This document shows, piece by piece, positions 12,862 to 27,941 of a DNA stretch of 64,000 bases. The notes beneath the pieces are model-generated. The model was not told the DNA's origin. It saw only the letters and a program-made list of their open reading frames with translations, and searched no databases. The translations under genes were made by a program, and so were the position numbers. How positions within the stretch are numbered: the first letter of the stretch is position 1; each line of letters starts with the position of its first letter. Source of the stretch: Eledone cirrhosa (Eukaryota); assembly GCA_964016885.1 (NCBI GenBank), contig OZ024743.1, forward strand, positions 154,070,001 to 154,134,000, written 5' to 3'.

Positions 12862-13740
12862 GTGTTTCAGTCCAGCATAGCCTTTGGCCTGGATAAATCA
12901 GTTGTCATGTTTCATCCTGCACTAGGCATAGTCCATGTGGAATATTCCCTCCACGTCGAAGGGAAGAAGTTGGAGTTTGTTAACATTTCTACATACCTCG
13001 CTTGTATGATAAACAGTCACTGCTCTCTCAACGATGAACTATCTCACAAAGTTAGGAAAGCCCCTGATGTCTGTTTTATTTTCAAGATTGTATGTTCTTC
13101 TCAGAAAGGCCTGATAAAGAAACCGAAGACAGATGTCTATAATGCCTGTGTTCTTATAAGTCCTCTTTACTCTTCCAAGAACTAGGTGGTTTACAGGATA
13201 CATTTAAAACTACTGGAGCTCTTCCACATCAGCTGTCTAAGATGGCTATTAATCATTCACATGTTTCAGACACAGAGGTACAGGGAAGTGCCGATACAAT
13301 AAGCATAGAACCCTATATACACAAGCACCGCCTTCACTAGAGAGCTGGCTGATGAAAAAAGGCTCCAGCAGAAACCTAAGAAGCGTTTCTAGGATTGTGT
13401 CAAAGGCTCACTTTCGATATTCGATCTCGACCTTCACAGGTGGGAAGTACGGGCTCGTGATATAAACAAGTGTGAAAAACATATGAGGGGTGTTGCATAT
13501 TCCACGCAAAGTGAATAAGCTTGGCAAAGACAAAAGAATCTTCCCACAAAGTAGAGGGAATATGCCCAGTTGTTCCTCAGTTTGTTTGCCATGAGTGTGT
13601 CCGAATATGCATACCATACGCAGGAATGCAAAGCCAACCCAGGAGTCGCCTAGTCAACCAGACCACAAATTATGTTTATTTTTACCGACAGGCCGAAAAC
13701 ACGGATTTAGTTTGTAGAATTTGCGGAAAAAATCTATAAG
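12862..13740 (+). mobile_element. RTE-clade LINE, decayed RT C-terminal region
   Basis: AFGL..., LEFV..STYL, K..VYNACVL...LYS motifs, followed by degraded C-terminal zinc-finger-like segments (CHEC, CRIC). Confidence 0.7.
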
Positions 13741-14059
13741 TCTCTTACCGGCTTCAAAACATCACTGTCGGCCTCACGTTCGTAGGAACATTCAAAAAGT
13801 TTGGGAATCTCTTTCATCATTTGTGTATCTATGTATGTTCTGGTTTTATAATTTCACAATTTTTTTCCCAATAGAGAGAGAGTCGGTTTCTAACATAGAC
13901 ACAATACTCTCTCATTGGAATTTACACAACATCAACTAGGTAGATTATGTATGCATGCATGTGTAGATATGGATGTTATTGTATGTGTGGATGTGTATGT
14001 TTTGAGTTGTTTGTGTGCATGTGTATATGCTTTGTATCTGTAGATGTGTATATTCAGTT

Positions 14060-14480
14060 ATTAGATGCAAAATCTTTGGAATGTTTTACATATTTTTAAT
14101 GTTCCCTTAATGGATTGTACTTGTAATTTCCTAACTAGTTGTGTTCTTTCTGTTCCTGTGAAGCCTAACTTCTCAATATTTGTATTGAAGCATTTACTAA
14201 CATACCCCAGTGCCTCAATAATCACAGGCATACATCTGAAGGTGTAATTAGGGTGGAGTATCTGCAGATTTCTCATCAGTTCTGCATAAATATTCTCTTT
14301 TTCGCTAATCTTTGATATTATATTGGCATCTGCTGGGCAGCTAATTTGCACTATTGTGCATGCTTTCTTCCCCCTGTCCCATATCATAATATCTGATCTG
14401 TTATGCCTGCATTATATTGGGATTTTTACTGGAACATTCCACCAGTAATCTTTCATATTATGTGCATGGATGTCTTCCAC
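14060..14480 (-). mobile_element. R4/Dong-like RLE endonuclease fragment
   Basis: IWD...C.IVQISCPAD.NI..K..EK..IY..L...LQ...P.Y.F...PVII.ALG, homologous to 10441..10974. Confidence 0.8.
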
Positions 14481-14858
14481 ATTGCTGTAGCTTTTAATGT
14501 GTTTATTATATATGTATGTATTTATTATGTATGTATTTATGTATGTATGTACGTATGTATGTATCTATGTATGTGAATGTATGTCCTGAAATGTTATAAA
14601 CATCAACGAGTGTAATAAATGAAAACGTAGTCGCTTGGGAATGAAGTCGATTTCGATACACTATACAACAGACTCTCCTTATTCATCTCATTTTCAAAAA
14701 GCAGTGTGCCAGTGATTGGCTTGCTCGAAACATTTAACCAACAATGCTATTATTCACAAATTATGGTATAAAATATAAACGAATACGTGATATGCTATGA
14801 CAATTAACTATCTGAATATAGATATACTAAAGTTGAAAGTTTCAGATAACAAATTTGA

Positions 14859-15208
14859 TGGCGTCTTATATATGGTATACGATTTCATTTGGTAAATTGT
14901 CATGATATTCAGTTTAGAAAAAAAGCACCAATACCGACTTGATGAGTGAAAAACTAATAAATACAAGAAATATCATGTTAGATAACGAAACTGTGATAAG
15001 CTAATTAGATGAAAGACAGACTTGCAAATACTTTGCAATTAGTGAACAAGACATAAATACAACACGCACATAGAACATGTTAGGAAGTAATATTACGAAT
15101 GCATCAATAGGTAACACTAAATTAAATGGTAAACGTAAGGTAATAGTTTTCTAAACTGAATATCATGACAATTTACCAAGTGAAATCGTATACCATATAT
15201 AAGACACC
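14859..15208. repeat. ~62-bp inverted repeats around a ~225-bp spacer (MITE- or PLE-like)
   Basis: GGCGTCTTATATATGGTATACGATTTCA...CAGTTTAGAAAA versus TTTTCTAAACTGAATATC...CCATATATAAGACACC. Confidence 0.85.
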
Positions 15209-16286
15209 GTCAGTACTTAGTTGTCGAAATATTGTTGCATTTATTATATAGTTTGTTATGTGTGTAGGTAAGTGAATTAGCCAAATTATATATGAGAACC
15301 AGGTAACGTATTAGTACCGGCATGTCTATACACTGAATCAGATCCCTTTGCAACTATATTGTTTTGCTTTCCTCTCTCTAGGTCCCACTTTGGGCATAAC
15401 ATTAGGAGAGTGTGAGATGTGGGAGTGAAATTGATAAACATACTATGTGTGGAAGTCGGTCAAATGAACTGTACATCTTCATGCTTGGTAGATGCTATCT
15501 CTCAATCATTTTAATGACACTACCTAGCCGTTGCGTAGTTCCAGTGTAGTCATCACTACTATAAGCATTGAAGGTTCAGGTCTGTGATCTAAGGATGATC
15601 CAGGGGATAATTATTCCTCCTCCTTTTACTAACCTCACAGTTTCTGGAAAAATATATATGGTCGCAGTCCTTCTTTGTATATAGGAATATAATGATGTAA
15701 TGTCTAGTTCACAGCTTCAAAAGCGATACATAAATCATATATTTATATTTATCATGAAAATAAAGATATGTCTTTTGCAATTGATCAAACATTATATGAT
15801 AACTATACTAATAGGATACAAATACACTCAGTAAAATGTGAAGAGAAACTACCACAAGTACCTAAAACAGGAACAAATCTATTTTTCGTCTTTATGGAAG
15901 TCTTTAAACATAAGACAGATAGGAGCTATATATCTGTAGGTTGAACAATAACAGGTCAACTTAGCTAATACCGAGTAAACATAAGCAGTATGGAAGTGGG
16001 TAAAGGAAACGTTAGCACCGGCTTACAGGTATGGTCAGAAAAGCTTTTGACAATAACTCAAAACACGACTTTAATCCCGGTACAAGATCAGGAATATCAT
16101 CAAACAGGTTTTAAAGCATATAATGAAGAAGAGTATGAAATATAAATGTATGCACTCTTAGAATGTTATCTCTCATTGATTTCTTATTGTAAATTCGGAG
16201 CTGCAACATACATAAAAAGCAGGAAAGAATCTTATCTTTCATAGACTGGAAATTACGTCAACATTATTAAACATCTACACATCTTA

Positions 16287-16440
16287 AATAATTGTTTCTA
16301 CTTTTGCCACAAGGCCAGCAATGACCCTGTAAGGATGAAAGGCCAAGTTAACCTCGACAGATTTGAACTCAATATGGCAAGGGTCGTACTCTATGCATCA
16401 AAGCATGGCGTCCGACGCTCTACCAATACTGCCAATCCAA
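16287..16440 (-). mobile_element. SINE copy with internal deletion
   Basis: Same head, B-box and CCTTGTGGCAAAAGTAGAAACAATTAT tail as the 5009-5412 family. Confidence 0.8.
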
Positions 16441-17699
16441 ATAATACGAGCATGCATCGCTCAAGTTTTAGCGAATTGTAAGTACATTTAAGTTATAAAT
16501 ATTCCAAAAGATCTTAGTTCATATAGACAACCACATTCACCCAAACATTATTGTCAAACTTTATCAAAGAAAATGTTTTTTAAATGATATAACAGTTCCA
16601 ATATGTGACAATATATATTCAGAAAATGTAGAAAATTGGAGACATGGGAAATATACCTGATTGTAATGGTTGAAAAAAAAATATATACAAATTAGAACAA
16701 TAAAATCGAAGACAAATCAATGCAAAATAAAATACATAAACGACGGAGAACTGTAAATGTGAATGCTGTGAAAGAAGGCAAAATTAATAAATCTAATGTA
16801 TAATAATAATAATAATAGTTTCTATACTGTTTTAGACAAGAAAGAACATTATTCGGTACAGTACTCAATATTTGGCAAGTCGAGTGTAAATATGGTAGAG
16901 TCATTGCTCATTCACATACATGATTACACACACACTTATGAATTGCTAGGGAATTTTGCTGAAGACAAACTGATAACTCTACTTCCGATTTTTGAAAATG
17001 ATCCACCTATGTACACTTTGCACATCTGTCTGAAGAAAACATCTTCACCACTGATGGGAGTATAAAATAGAGTATAAAATGAACTTTGTAGAAAAGTAGT
17101 CCGTCTTATTTATGATTGCATGTGTGTATTATAAAAAGGAAACATGCAGTAAATCAACGTGGGAATTGGCATATAGACAGTTTTATTTTTCTTATTTCAT
17201 CGTTGATATTTAGAATTATTAAATTTGAAATGTCTATAATAATTTCCTTAAAGTATGTGTTAATAGTAGGCAAGAATATTCGGAATTGTGCGTACTTTTT
17301 CTACTTTAAAGTGTAATGGAAAAAGCTGTTCAATTTTTCGTTGTCAACGCTCACTGTATCCTCGAGGCCATCATTATTCATTAAATTGTTATACATGGAG
17401 AAAGTACTTTTTATTGTCCCTTAAGCAAAACAAATATGTATTATTTTAAAGGTAATGCATGCATATTCAAGTGTTTTGTTTCTGTGCATATAAATATATC
17501 ACATTATTTTTTAGTTTGCTCCAGTACTTGACCACTAAAAAAAATGAGCGAACAAAATTGTAATAGCATTACCAAAAGCAGCAGTAGCAGCAGTAGCATT
17601 AGTAATCGTATTTTTATTATTGTTATTTTAATTGTTTTTCCCTTTCTTCAGTAATGTTTCTGATATATGCCGAGTGTCTTCTTGAAACCTAGCGTCAAT

Positions 17700-18290
17700 A
17701 AATTCACTGTATACATTGGTAAGCCAGTTAACACACCACTCAAGATAGACTTACTTTGTTTTTGTTTTTTTTGGTGGTAAACAACCTCTTTCAATTACTG
17801 TAGCATATGCATAAATAATTTCATTTAACTCAGTAAGATCAATTTTTAAATCTTCTATGATTTCTTTCGTTACAGAGTTACCAATCATTATTTGATTTTT
17901 ATTTTGGTTTGTATTTGGGAGTTTTTGAAGTGATTCTCTATCATGTATACTAGTATGGCTTACAACTGCAAGCTCTTTCAGTATTTTCTGTTTCAATTCC
18001 TTCATCGACTCTCTGTGGCAACAGTTTGGTCTTCAAGTACTGTTTCTATACCCCTTTCCTGGTTATTTTCAGCAGGTTCAGTAGGTGATCTCACTTCTAC
18101 AAACGTATGTAAGATTTGCTCAGATGGTGGTCTTTCGGTAAAGACTTGTGACTGGTGATTATCTCCAGGAGATCCTTGAGTTATTTCATGACTGATATTT
18201 ATAACATTCTCCCCAGCATGCTTGATCGCAGATATTTCAGTATCTGTGAGTCTATTCTTTCTGAAGATATCCCTCCTAACACTTGCTAAC
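17700..18290 (-). mobile_element. R4/Dong-like element, N-terminal fragment
   Basis: LASVRRDIFRKNRLTDTEISAIK and R..L.KL....LTELNEIIYA.A motifs resemble the N-terminal region of R4-clade ORFs. Confidence 0.5.
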
Positions 18291-18324
<34 letters not shown>

Positions 18325-18326
<2 letters not shown>

Positions 18327-19642
18327 GGGCGCTGGACGGACGGACCGGTTAAATTGTTAGGTATCTGGTTCGGTTCGGACCTCAAGAGGGACAAAAACTG
18401 GGACGAGGTGACGAGCAGGATGGCTTCTCTCACCCAAAAATGGGCAAAGAAGAAGCTATCCCTGAAAGGTCGAGCGGAAGTGACGAATGCGTACATCGGG
18501 TCTTGCATCTACTACCGCCTGACCGTCATGCCTTGTCCTAGACCCCGCCTGACTGCGCTGGGGCGTATGCTCTTTCGTTTTTTGTGGAAGGGACGTGCTC
18601 TGATGACCAGGCGGTCCATCTGATATCAACACCCGCTACGTGGAGGGCTGAGCATGCCGTGGCTGATGATGCGCAGACACGCGCTCAGGCTACGACATCT
18701 CCACTTCTTCCTCCACGGTGATCAGGTGTGGTCGCCGTTTGCGAGACGCGTCTTTCCGCATCCCATCTCCTTGACGGAGCTGCAGTCCTGGGTCAAGCGA
18801 AAACAAAGAGGGAGCGCTTGGAGACTGGAATGTCTTCAGGCGCTCACGGCCCTCGACCAGTCGGGCAATATGATCGGTGTAAACTCTACCTTGGCGTTCT
18901 ATAGAGGTTTAGTGGAGGGGAAGAGCGACGACGTACTTGGGGAAACTCTAAGCGTCGACGAAAATCAACTAGCCAATCTCTTCGGAAGGACTTTCGGGCC
19001 GTGGCCTATCGACAATTTCCAGTGTCCGAGAATTGCTGAATTGTGGGTTTATGTCGAACACCTGCTGTCGCGTGTAGAACGGATCCGGCTATCAGCTGAG
19101 TCGATCGTGAGTATTGACCCGCCCTCTCCCTTTAGCCGGGAAGAAGGCAGTTTTTATCTGTCTGGTGGCCATGGCGAAAGACATAGTATGGTTGACGTGT
19201 CTGAAAGGACTGATGACGAGCACTTACCTCTTCGGTGATGCCCTGATTAACTTTTTCAAATTTCATTTGAAAAGGAAAATCAGGGTAGGGAGGGAAGTGC
19301 TCTCTTCTCAGCATTTTGTTGAAAGATGGGTGAGAGAGGCAAGAATGGCCCGAGTGAATGGACCCACTCTGAGTATATGCCTGTAAATTGAAGTTAGAAA
19401 ACTCGGAGAAGGCACTTGCCCTGGTGGTCAGGGTCACCATGGCTTTTTTTAATGGGCTTTCTCCACGATGGCCCTCGGAAGTCTCCCCCTATTGGGGAAT
19501 TTTTCATTGTTCTTTTTTGTTACATCCTCTGTTTGGGGGGGGGGTTATTTACACGCAGAAATGCCGATTTGTATTGTCCTGTATTGTCCTGTACTGTCCT
19601 TAATGTCTACTTTGTGAAAACCCTTGTGGTTAATAAAGAAAG

Positions 19643-19697
<55 letters not shown>
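18325..19697 (+). mobile_element. 5'-truncated Tx1/L1-group LINE with (ATT)n tail
   Basis: High identity to 23800-25250. VKLLGIWF, LSLKGRA and GGLSMP motifs. Internal deletion near 19020. Flanked by (TTA)n on both sides. Confidence 0.9.
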
Positions 19698-22600
19698 GGC
19701 GACCTACGTAGTAAATCGTATTATCGTGAGCTCCGCAAAAGTTTGTTATTTTCAGTTGTTTAAAATTGCCATTTATGGAACATTTTTATTGTTAACTGTA
19801 TATAAGTGCACATCATTGTTTTCTGAAAAGGACACTCAATAGGATTGTGGCCTTGAACCCAACATTTTAAACTTTTATAATTATCAAACAAAGATTTTTC
19901 TTTGAAAAATCATGGACGACTCAGGGTCACACCTTCCTCACAAACTAACACCTCACACCAACACCACCATTGTAAATATTACTACGTTTGCCAACACTAA
20001 AAATATATGCTGTAGCAATATTTTAAATTTGTCTCAGGAAGGCATTCATTTCCCGCCATTACCAATGACTGCAGGTGCTAAAGCCGCCCCCCACCACCAC
20101 CACAGCGACAACAGAAACAATAGAAACAAATAAATTGACTCGTGATATCGAAATGAATTCAACCAAAATGAACTCTTCCACACCGAACACCACTGACGCC
20201 ACCACCACCACAACTGAAACTACAATTAACAATAACAACAATTACGATAAAAAAACAACAGAAAACAATGAAATTAAGAAAACCACTCTGGGTTTTGCCA
20301 GAGTAGCAAAAAGTGCGAAGCATTCCAGGTAACTCCGGAGGAATTAGAAGAAGCCAAACAAATGGTAAAGAAAGATGGGTACAGGGTCAGCCTCACCTCC
20401 CTCCTAATAAAATGGAGCATCGGCGCCTATGCACCGTGCCTTATCGGACGATTAACATAAAATCGCGCCGAGTGGAACGGGCATCCGAGTCCCAAATCCA
20501 AAAAGCTTTGGGACATGTGAGGGCAAAAAAACCCCACATCAGACGTGGGCAGAAATATGGAACCGTGGACGTGTTCTATGAAACACCACAGTAGGCCAGA
20601 AACACTCAATGGCCCCATTAAGAAGTGACGACTTCACACTCATCCCAAGCTATTGTGACCAGAGACTAGTGAAGATCAGGGTGACCCACGTTCCACCGGC
20701 TATCGAAATTCCCTGGCTAATAGCTGCCGTCCTCACCGGCATCGAAGCCAACACCAAGATAAACGAAATAGCGAAAGAAAAGCATGAGAACTGTTCCGGA
20801 TCTGGGATGGAGCTACTGCTCCAAGCGGACCTAAAAAGCATTGAGGAGATCTCAGAGGTAATAGACATCACGGACGGCAGCCACCTCACAATAATCGTCG
20901 AGGGCAGAAGGCCTAGGTGTGTCGTTTGTGGTGAAGGGCTTTCTGCCCTCAGGCTAAACAGTTGAGGCCACCTCACTTACCCACACCAGTGACTCAACCA
21001 TCAACACCACCAGCAGCAGAAATGGCAGCAACAACTGTAGCAGCAACAACAGAAGCAACTGTAACAGCAACAACCCCAGCAACAGTAGCAAAACCAACAC
21101 CACCACCACCCAACGTGCCAGAACTAGCACCAGCGCCTACACCATCCACCACGCCACAACCAAAACCAACGCCTGTGGAGGATTTTCCACTCCCCAACCT
21201 ATCAGAACTGGTGACAGATTATGACGCCGAGGAGTGTGAAACGGTATCAGAAAAAATAAAAAAATAAAAAGAAACCAAAAAAGAAAAAAATCTCTTCCTT
21301 CCCCCTCCAAAAACAAAATACAGAGGGAAACATAAACTATCAAACAAACAAGTTAGGACAGCTAGGCCACCATCCACACCAGTATCACCAACCCCATCAC
21401 CACGAACACCAACTCCATCACCATCATTAACCCCAACACTACCATCACCAACACCACAAAAGTCACCTAAAAGCGAAGCAGAAACAAACCCACAACAAAC
21501 GCAAACAAAATAAATCAACCAAAACGATACACGCTACACAGCATTAAATTTGAACAACAACACCAAGTATTACACTACATCCAACACAGCGCCAGCATCA
21601 CAGAAAAAAGGCCACCTGCTCAACGACTTCAGGTCACTAAACATAGATGTAGTGGCCCTCAGCGAGACCAGAATCTCCGAAGCACGGGCCTTCGCACCGA
21701 TCTTCGGCGGCTACGATGTGTGCGCATCTCCCAGCCGTCCTGGATCGGGGGGATGAGTTGCTGTGCTTTTTCGGAGAGGTTTGCATCTCGCCATACGGGC
21801 CATCTTCCCGGACCCAGAAGGTAAGTTGGTAGTGCTGGACGTGCCCAGCGGAGACGGGCAAGCTTTCAGGCTAGTGGCCGTCTATGCCCCGACAGGAGCA
21901 GGGCGGCCTGATTTATCCGGCGTCTGGAGACCTTTCTTGGAACGTCCCGCTCTTTAGTATTTGTGGATCACTGGAACGGGATCTTAGATGCACGCTGGGA
22001 CTGTGTGGGATTAGCGGATAGGGGAGGAGGGTGCAAGAGCATAACCAGCCTGCTCAGGCGTTTTGAACCGGCTGACAGGTAGCGATTAGATTTCCCAAAT
22101 GTGCCAATGTGGACTTGGACAAATCGTATACGGTCATCCAGATCATCCAGATAGGATCATCCAGATAGGGGTCATCTAGATCATATCTAGAGTATTTTGT
22201 AGGGAAATAGATAGGTCTAGCATAGGCTGTCCACAATTCAAGATAGGCAGCTACACGGACCACAAATTTGTGATCTGTGTACTTAACTTAGATAGGCTTC
22301 ATAGACGAGGACCCGGCTACTGGAAGCTAAACGCGTCCTTACCAACGCGCAATGCTTACAGAGACCGGATTAGCGAACTAGTTCAGTGGGCGTTGACGGG
22401 GCCATCGTCAACAACAAGTGGTGGGTTGCTATGAAAAGAGCAATTAGAATAGAGTCCATTAGGTTTAGCAAGGCTTTAGCAATAGAGAAAAATAGAGCAG
22501 CGGGAGAATTAGTTATAATTAGACGAGGCGGTTAGCAAAGGCATCGCGACCGACGTACTTGCGGCGAAATTGGCCCTTGACCAATTCTTCAAAGCAAAGC

Positions 22601-25250
22601 ACGAAGGCTGCGTTGTCAGAGCTAGGGTGCGTGCTGTCAGACACGAGGGGACGAATGCCGTTCAATGGGCCCGAGTAGCGGAGGCGAGTCGTGGCAACAA
22701 AGCCACGATCCGGTCTTTGGTGGACCACGACGGGCGCATGCCACTCAATTCCTGGCAAATGTGTGAAGCTTTTCAGCGACACTTCGCACAGCTGTTCGGG
22801 GGCAGCGGTGGGCTGGATCGAGGGATACTTTAGTGTCTACCTCGACGGACTGCCGCGGCTCTCGGCCACTGAGGCGGAATGTTGCGAAAAGCCGATAACA
22901 GCCGCTGAAGTACGGGAGGCAATGACTGGCTGCACAAGGGGTATATCGCCTGGTTTGGATGTTCTGCCCTATGAACTTTACGTACGGATGCCAGACTTGT
23001 TCGGCGGCCTCTTGGCGGACGTCTACTGCAACTGGCAACAGAACGGGAGAATTCCCAGCTCTGTGAGCCGAGGAGCGGTGGCGCTGCTGAGAAGGGATCC
23101 GAACAAGGGGGATAACCTAGATAAGTTCAGGCCCATAACACTACTAAACACAGAGTTCAAGATTTTGGCCAAGGTGCTAGCAAAGTGGTTGGCGCTTGTC
23201 GTTGGTGTTCTGGTGGAAGAGGCGCAGGCATGCGCCATTCCCGACAGATCCATCCACGACAACCTCCACCTCATGCGATACATCGTAGAGAGGGTAGCTA
23301 GGGAACCTGGTACGGGTGGGTCCTTGATTAATTTAGATCAGTCGAAAGCTTTCGATAGGGTCGATCATCGTTACCTAGCGGCAGTCCTGAGGGCGCCTGG
23401 CTTTGGGCCCGTCTTCAGAGGCTGGATCGCTGCCATGCACAGCGACATCTGCTCTGTGGTGAGCGTGAACGGTCACCTTTCGGAACCGTTCAACATCATG
23501 CGTTCGGTCCGCCAAGGATGTCCCCTCTCGTCCCTCTTGCACGTATTGATTCTGGAGGAATTACTGCACAAACAGGAGACGTTGAGGGGCGTCCTGCGCG
23601 AACTAGGATGCGGAAGATCCGTGTGAGCATTTGCGGATATAGACACCGTACTGGTATCGAACGCCAAACACATCGAGGCGATCGGCACTACACTAAGAGA
23701 ATACGAAGCGGTGACAGGAGCAATGATTACCCAGGAAAAGTAAGTGGGCCTGCAGCTCGGCGCCTGGAGAGGCAGGTCCATGCCGTCCAACAGCGTCGTC
23801 GGGCGCTGGACGGACGGACCGGTTAACTGCTAGGGGTCTGGTTCCGTCCGGACCTGCAGATGGACAAAAAACTGGGACGAGGTGACGAGCAGGGTTGCTT
23901 CCCTCACCCAGAAATGTGCCGATAGGAAGCTATCCCTGAAAGGTAGAGCGGAGGTGGCTAACGCGTACATCACGTCCGTCATCTACTACCGCCTGACCGC
24001 CGTACCTTGTCCTAAGCCCCGCCTGACTGGGCTGGAGCGTTTGCTCTTTCGCTTTTTGTGGAAGGGAAGCGCTCCGATGGTCAGGCGGTCCATCTGCTGT
24101 CAACACCCGCTACGTGGAGGGCTGGGCAGGCCGTGGCTGATGATGCGCAGACACGCGCTCAGGCTACGACATCTCCACTTCTTCCTCGACGGTGATCAGG
24201 TGTGGTCGCCGTTTGCTAGACACGTATTTGCCCAGTTCGTCTCCTTGACGGAGCTGCAGTCCTGTGTCAAGCGAAGACCGAGAGGGAGCGCTTGGAGACT
24301 GGAATGTCTTCAGGCGCTCAGAGCACTCGACCAATCGGGCAATGTGATCGGTAGAATCTCCGCCTTGGCGTTCTATAGAGGATTAGTGGAGGGGAAGAGC
24401 GACGACGTACTTGGAGAAAATCTAGGCGTCGACGAAAATCAACTAGCCAATCTCTTCGGAAGAACTTTTGGGCCGGGGCCTATGGAATAACTTCAAGAAA
24501 TCCCTGGCCTGGCAGTGCTACCGAGGAGCTTTGCCAGGGATAAACTCTACAGGCATGGATGTACCGTCAGCCGGGCATGTCCGAGATGCGCGCAGGGCGA
24601 CGAAACCGTCCTGCACGTACTCGTCCAGTGTCCGAGCATTGCTGACTTGTGGGTTTATGTCGAACACCCGCTGTCACGTGTAGGACGGATCCAGCTATCA
24701 GCTGAGTCCATCGTGAGGATTGCCCCGCCTTCTTCCTTTAGCCGGGAAGGGCAGGCAGTTTGTATCTGTCTGGTGTCCATGGCGAAAGAGATAGTATGGT
24801 GGACACGTTTGAAAGGGCTGAAGACGAGCACTTACTTCTCCGGTGATGCCTTGATTAACTTTTTCAAATTTCACTTGAAAAGGAAAATCAGGGTAGAAAT
24901 GGAAGTGCTCTCTTCCCAGCATTTTGTTGAAAGATGGGTGAGAGAAGCAAGTATGGCCCGAGGGAATGGGCCTACTCTGAGTATGTGTCTTTAAATTAAA
25001 GGTGGAAAACTGGGAGAGGGCACTTGCCCTGGTGGTCAGGGTCACTGTGGCCCTTTAATGGGCTTTCTCCACAAATGTCCTTCGGAAGTCTCCTCCCTAT
25101 TGGGGATTTTTCATTGTTATTTTTATTACATCCTCTGTTTTGTTTACACGCAGAAATGCCCATTTGTACCGTCCTGTATTGTCCTCTACCGTCCTTAATG
25201 TCTACTTTATGTAAACCCTTGTGGTTAATAAAGAAAGCATTATTATTATT
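19698..25250 (+). mobile_element. Near full-length Tx1/L1-group LINE, disabled
   Basis: ORF1 remnants ~20075-21510 (Thr/Pro-rich, degenerate zinc knuckle RCVVCGE). APE endonuclease ~21600-22330 (VALSET, VYAP, GYWKLN). RT 22691-23760 (FRPITLLN, DQSKAFDRV, QGCPLS). C-terminal CPRC..ET..H....C. Many frameshifts and stops. AATAAA then (ATT)n. Confidence 0.93.
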
Positions 25251-25256
25251 AGCAGC

Positions 25257-25278
25257 TGTAGTAGTCGTAGTCGTAGTC

Positions 25279-25346
<68 letters not shown>
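25257..25346. repeat. (GTA)n microsatellite
   Basis: Direct reading. It explains the poly-V, poly-T and poly-S ORFs. Confidence 0.95.
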
Positions 25347-25764
25347 TACAATAGTTGCACCAGCATCAGCAGCACTTCCTGTGAAAATGATATATCGTTC
25401 AAGTAAACGTACATTGGAACTGACATATATTAAGATTAATACATTCCTCAATCCATTAGCACAAGAATATATTTGTCCTGAAATTCAAGCATAATAATTT
25501 AGATCCATGAAATATGTTATTTCTAACTCCGTTGATCTCGATTATCTAAAAACCTGTATTTTACTGCTAATGATATCAAGCTGTTTTAAAATTGTTGTTA
25601 ACTATCCTCTCTAAATCTTTAAGTTTATGTTTTAACTATGGAAATTACAAATACAAAACATCATTGTATAATCACCGTGCATCGTCTAATTTTCATACTT
25701 GCATGAGTTAAGGTCAGATAGGTCGTATGCTGATTTAGCTTGGCTTCTATGCCGTGACTATTTT

Positions 25765-26492
<728 letters not shown>

Positions 26493-26793
26493 ATGCCGTG
26501 ACTATTTTTCATCATGGCGCCAGCACTATTACATTACAAGTGGAAGCTTTTGTCTTGATACCAGCACCATTTTATTACTGCATTAGGGTGCGAAAGATTC
26601 ATGGTCGTGCTGGTGTACCGGCATTGCATATCTTGAATAAGGGTGGGAACATGGTGGTGCCAGGTTTTCTCTGGGGTTTGGGAAAGTTTTAGTGGTGCAA
26701 TTATTCAGGCGGGAAGGTGAATCAGCTATGCTTCCTGCTAGTATGTGTCGGGCAAGTTCTAGTGGCAAGGGAACTCGTATTTCCACACACGCT

Positions 26794-26892
<99 letters not shown>

Positions 26893-27721
26893 TCTCTATG
26901 TATGTCTGTCTCTATGTCCCCCCCCCCTCTCTCTCTCTCACACACACACGTATATATATATCATATCTAATATAGTACCTAAATGTCACCAATGATGGAT
27001 ACACATCCAGAAATAGCTGTCTGACATTCTCACCACCGCTGAGATAGAGGTATAGTTTTAAATGTTGTGTGTGTATATATATATATAGAGAGAGAGTGGG
27101 AAGAGTATTCTATTAAACATGTATTGAAAACGAAATTGTGTTCGAGCTGTATATTTTCATCCAGGTTTTTTTCCAAATTCTATACGTTCCTTGTAGTCTA
27201 TTTGTTTGGCAAGGTAAAGGTTCTAAATGTATCAACAACATTTCCAGACACTCTGAAGCATATTGTAACGATAAAATGATGGTGGTGTATGTTGATGTTA
27301 CATCATAAAAAGAACAAAATCAACATAGTCAGAGCTTAATAAAATCATATATGGGAAAAGCAAACTTGATAAGAAAGAGATAAGAAAACTTATTTTAAGG
27401 TCTGAATGTGTTGATTTTCTTAATTCTTTTAATGTGCCAAACCTAGTATCAGCTGTACGCTTTGTATGTGTATATACTTGTATATATATACGCGTATAGT
27501 GATATATATATACTTATTGGTTTAATATATAATATACTCCCTTATTGTAGAGTCCAACTTTGGCAGAATCGAACTACATTTTCTAGTAGCACGTTTTCTG
27601 CCAGTGTCCACATTTACTACTCTCCATTTGGTCACTTTTCACTTGATAGTTCTTCTATTCGAAATGTTCACAGACAGCGACTGGCCGGGAAATCTTGTCT
27701 CGAATTTTCTTTCTGGATCGA

Positions 27722-27876
27722 GAAAGAGTCCTGATGATTTGAAATTTCTCACGATCCTCTACTCGGAGTATCGTTATTTTCTTAATGAAACTGCAGTAGG
27801 GACACTAAAGTAAGTAAGTAAGTATTTTATTTTTCTTATCTTGTTTGCTTTTCCCATATATGATTTTATATATATT

Positions 27877-27941
<65 letters not shown>

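Noticed and set aside
14935-15002. TTGATGAG...CGAAAC inside the inverted-repeat element as a hammerhead
   Set aside because: C3 is missing and there is no stem I complement. At best a decayed remnant.
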